Source: Steroidobacteraceae bacterium (GTDB lineage: Bacteria; Pseudomonadota; Gammaproteobacteria; Steroidobacterales; Steroidobacteraceae). From it: 35,075 bases of DNA. Position numbers and translations under genes: made by a program. This document shows, in pieces, positions 33,300 to 35,075 of the stretch (positions within the stretch are counted from its first letter, which is position 1; the number at the start of each line of letters is the position of its first letter). The DNA lies in NCBI GenBank assembly GCA_036270175.1, contig DATBCZ010000102.1:1-35075 (forward strand), read 5' to 3'. The notes below the pieces were generated by a model that had not been told where the DNA came from, searched no databases, and saw only the letters and a list, made by a program, of their open reading frames with translations.

Positions 33300-33333
33300 A
33301 AATTTACTTGGGAGCCTGAAAGGTGGGTCTTAT

Positions 33334-33376
33334 CGGCGCGCAGCGCCGCAAGATGTAGCGGGTCGCTTCGACCCGC
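33334..33376 (-). other. Two tandem GC hairpins in the typA 5' leader
   Basis: In + strand coordinates: GCGGGTCG (33358-33365) / CGACCCGC (33369-33376) gives 8 bp with a 3-nt loop. CGGCGC (33334-33339) / GCGCCG (33343-33348) gives 6 bp with a 3-nt loop. They lie 35-77 nt upstream of the typA ATG, which has no obvious SD (cccaagtaaatttATG). Confidence 0.4.
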
Positions 33377-33408
33377 AGGACAGTGCGCGTAGCGCAAAAC
33401 AACCATGC

Positions 33409-33445
33409 AAAAAAGATGCGCAGGGTACAAGATCCACCCCTGGGC
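33409..33445 (-). terminator. Intrinsic-terminator-like hairpin plus U6 downstream of the DUF2721 gene
   Basis: The - strand reads gccCAGGGgTggatcttgtACCCTGcgcatcTTTTTTg. The stem is about 6-8 bp with one bulge, and the T6 corresponds to A6 at 33409-33414 on the + strand. It lies 150-185 nt past the DUF2721 stop. Confidence 0.4.
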
Positions 33446-33594
33446 TGCCGCACTTTCGGGGCGATGCAAGTCACTGATTTCGCTAAAAATCGGCGCTGGT
33501 ATGCGGTGCGCGGATGCACCACTTGAGGGCGCGGGAGCAGGACTTCAAGGGCGGGCGGCGGCTTGGCGGGGATGGGAAGTCCAGGGTAGGGGGT

Positions 33595-34053
33595 TTATGT
33601 GTCGGCTCTATGATCCGAGGCGGGGTGAGGCAGGCCTATGCGCAGGGCAGCAGTCGCCATACGCACTTCGATAAAGAACGCCACGAAGGCACCTGTCAGA
33701 AGGAGCATCGCTCCGACAAACAGCAGCGCTATGGTGAGCGCGAGGCCTGCCTCGAAGAACGCGTTCGCGAATAGAGTAACCACGACGAGCGCCACCATCA
33801 CCGCGGAGATCACGCTGAGCGAGATCGCCGTATTCAGATAACGTGCGCGGCGAGCCAGGATCTCGAGGTCGTAGAGCAGGTGCTCGGGATCGCCTGTGTG
33901 ATTTTCCAGCTTGGCTTCTATCGATCGAGCGCGATCCACCGCACGCGCCAGCCTGTTCGTCAACACCCCGAGTGTCGCCGCGACGCCGGATAGCAAGAAG
34001 ACAGGCGCCACGGACGTCTGGATCAGGTGAGCAATGTCCATACTTTGGAGCAT
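33595..34053 (-). CDS. DUF2721 domain-containing membrane protein
   Basis: 152 aa. IQTSVAPVFLLSGVAATLGVLTNRLARAVDRAR..., then LEILARRARYLNTAISLSVISAVMVALVV and a third TM segment. This matches the DUF2721 pattern. The alternative start is ATG 34041. Confidence 0.8.
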   Translation of the reverse strand: MLQSMDIAHLIQTSVAPVFLLSGVAATLGVLTNRLARAVDRARSIEAKLENHTGDPEHLLYDLEILARRARYLNTAISLSVISAVMVALVVVTLFANAFFEAGLALTIALLFVGAMLLLTGAFVAFFIEVRMATAALRIGLPHPASDHRADT

Positions 34054-34073
34054 CTCGCTATCATGCCATCTCT

Positions 34074-35075
34074 ATGCGCACTGTTTCGAGACGTCCCGAC
34101 GATAGTTTGCTCCTCGAGACCTGCCACGCGCGCTCGGTCGAGTTGCTGCGGAGGAACCTTTCACCCGGCGGAATTCTGGCAGCCACCGCAGGTCAGCGCG
34201 CCGATCTGCGCGGGTACACCGCGATCTTCGGGCGCGATGCGGCGGTGTGCGCACTCGGGATGGCGGTGTCCGGCGACAAGCTCCTGGAAAACGCGGCCGC
34301 CACCGGGCTGCACACATTGGCCGAGCACCAGGCACCCAATGGCCAGATTCCCAAGTTCGTCGACCTGCAGCGCAGCGAGGCAGACTTCTGGTATCTCGGG
34401 TGTATCGATTCGACGCTCTGGTGGCTGATCGCGTTGGCTTTTCTGGACTCGCGCGCCAGCGGTGACGCCCTGCGCCGGCGTTACCGCAAGCGCATCGAGC
34501 TTGCCGTGCAATGGCTGCTCGCGCAGGAGCACCAACGATTTTTTCTCCTGCAGCAGAACGAGGCCAGCGACTGGGCTGACATCATGCCGCGGTCGGGGTT
34601 TGTCCTCTATACCAACGCACTCTGGTATCTCGTCAAGCGGCTCTTTGGCGTGCCCCACATCGAAGCAACCTACGAGAACTTCAACGGATTATTTCACCCG
34701 TTCTCCGCGAAGCTGGCCGAGTATCGGCGCGCGCGCCTGCTGAATGAATACGTGTTGAAAAAGGGACGCGACCGGGACTTGTATCTGAGCTTCGTCAATT
34801 TCTCGTTCTGGGGCGATGAAGGCGATGTGTTTGGAAACGTGCTGGCGGTGTTGATGGGGCTGGCCGATGAACGCGCAACGCGTAGAACCTTGGATGCGCT
34901 CGCCCGGGATCGCGTGGGCGACCCGTATCCCGTCCGGGCCGTGACTCATCCGATCAGACACAAGAGCTCGCTGTGGCGGCCCTACATGGCGCGGCATCGC
35001 CAGAACCAGGTCTGGCAATACCATAACGGTGGCATTTGGCCGATGGTCGGCGGCTTCTGGGTTGCGGCCCTCGCG
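34074..35075 (+). CDS. Six-hairpin glycosidase, GH100 (neutral invertase)-like / amylo-alpha-1,6-glucosidase (GDE_C)-like; 3' end outside window
   Basis: This ORF is not in the track because it has no stop in the window. Hand translation from ATG 34074 gives 334 codons with no stop, ending exactly at 35075: MRTVSRRPDDSLLLETCHARSVELLRRNLSPGGILAATAG...YTAIFGRDAAVCALGM...NGQIPKFVD...FWYLGCIDSTLWWLIAL...QNEASDWADIMPRSGFVLYTNALWY...VWQYHNGGIWPMVGGFW. The listed ORFs 34027..34428 and 34462..34743 are off-frame. Confidence 0.75.
   Translation, partial: MRTVSRRPDDSLLLETCHARSVELLRRNLSPGGILAATAGQRADLRGYTAIFGRDAAVCALGMAVSGDKLLENAAATGLHTLAEHQAPNGQIPKFVDLQRSEADFWYLGCIDSTLWWLIALAFLDSRASGDALRRRYRKRIELAVQWLLAQEHQRFFLLQQNEASDWADIMPRSGFVLYTNALWYLVKRLFGVPHIEATYENFNGLFHPFSAKLAEYRRARLLNEYVLKKGRDRDLYLSFVNFSFWGDEGDVFGNVLAVLMGLADERATRRTLDALARDRVGDPYPVRAVTHPIRHKSSLWRPYMARHRQNQVWQYHNGGIWPMVGGFWVAALA

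Noticed and set aside
33405-33674. 89-aa + strand ORF in the typA upstream spacer.
   Set aside because: Its composition is Arg/Gly/Ala-rich and low-information, it has no SD, and its 3' part is antisense to the DUF2721 gene. The spacer is better explained by RNA structure on the - strand.
34027-34743. Track ORFs 34027..34428(+) and 34462..34743(+), and antisense ORFs 34161..34658(-) and 34689..35024(-).
   Set aside because: Their translations are Arg/Ser/Cys-rich nonsense. The third + frame from ATG 34074 gives an uninterrupted 334-codon glycosidase-like sequence to the window edge. That frame is absent from the track only because it has no stop.
1-35075. Search for CRISPR arrays, tRNA/rRNA genes, IS elements, integrases, phage genes or known defence-system genes.
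   Set aside because: None were found. There are no regularly spaced direct repeats beyond the two-copy REP-like unit, and no GGTTCGA-type tRNA T-arm motifs in intergenic DNA. No transposase-, integrase- or phage-like ORFs are present. Intergenic spacers are mostly under 160 bp.

Overview
This is a GC-rich chromosomal segment, roughly two-thirds G+C by eye (not computed), probably from a gamma- or beta-proteobacterium; I cannot assign the lineage. It is densely coding. I can support 29 protein genes plus one 57-codon membrane ORF that falls below the ORF-track cutoff. I see no rRNA, tRNA, CRISPR array, transposase, integrase or prophage genes, and no recognisable defence system.

Gene content, left to right:
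- TPR-GT41 (OGT/SPINDLY-like) glycosyltransferase, OpgD, a CmcJ/NvfI-like protein and the tRNA-binding protein CsaA, all on the minus strand.
- A tiny hydrophobic ORF, an AI-2E transporter, and an orphan TfpX/TfpZ-like pilin accessory protein.
- A PQQ-type dehydrogenase fused to cytochrome c.
- A tightly packed hppD-marR-glcF unit.
- A same-strand string of TPR-GGDEF cyclase, APC permease, M28/PA peptidase and AcpA-like phosphoesterase.
- An AAHS-type MFS transporter divergent from a marR-OMF-EmrA-like operon that has no inner-membrane pump gene.
- An Lrp/AsnC regulator divergent from a small conserved membrane protein.
- An XRE regulator divergent from a 110-aa unknown protein and a NYN-LOTUS protein.
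- A CHASE4-GGDEF-EAL protein, folE, a secreted low-complexity protein, typA, a DUF2721 protein, and a 5' partial GH100/GDE-like glycosidase that runs off the window.

Most interesting non-CDS signals, all hypotheses from sequence reading only:
1. A consensus-perfect sigma-54 promoter is followed about 25 nt later by an ORF-free structured stretch of about 85 nt. It ends in a 22-pair hairpin plus T7, which makes it a candidate RpoN-dependent sRNA (5611-5721).
2. A perfect 15-bp/4-nt-loop hairpin buries the Shine-Dalgarno of the NYN-LOTUS gene, inside an XRE / small protein / NYN-LOTUS cassette (25360-26980).
3. An 18-bp perfect AT-rich palindrome overlaps a good sigma-70 promoter upstream of hppD-marR-glcF.
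4. A short GC-rich REP-like repeat family occurs in two intergenic spacers.

The many long antisense ORFs in the track are GC-driven shadow ORFs.
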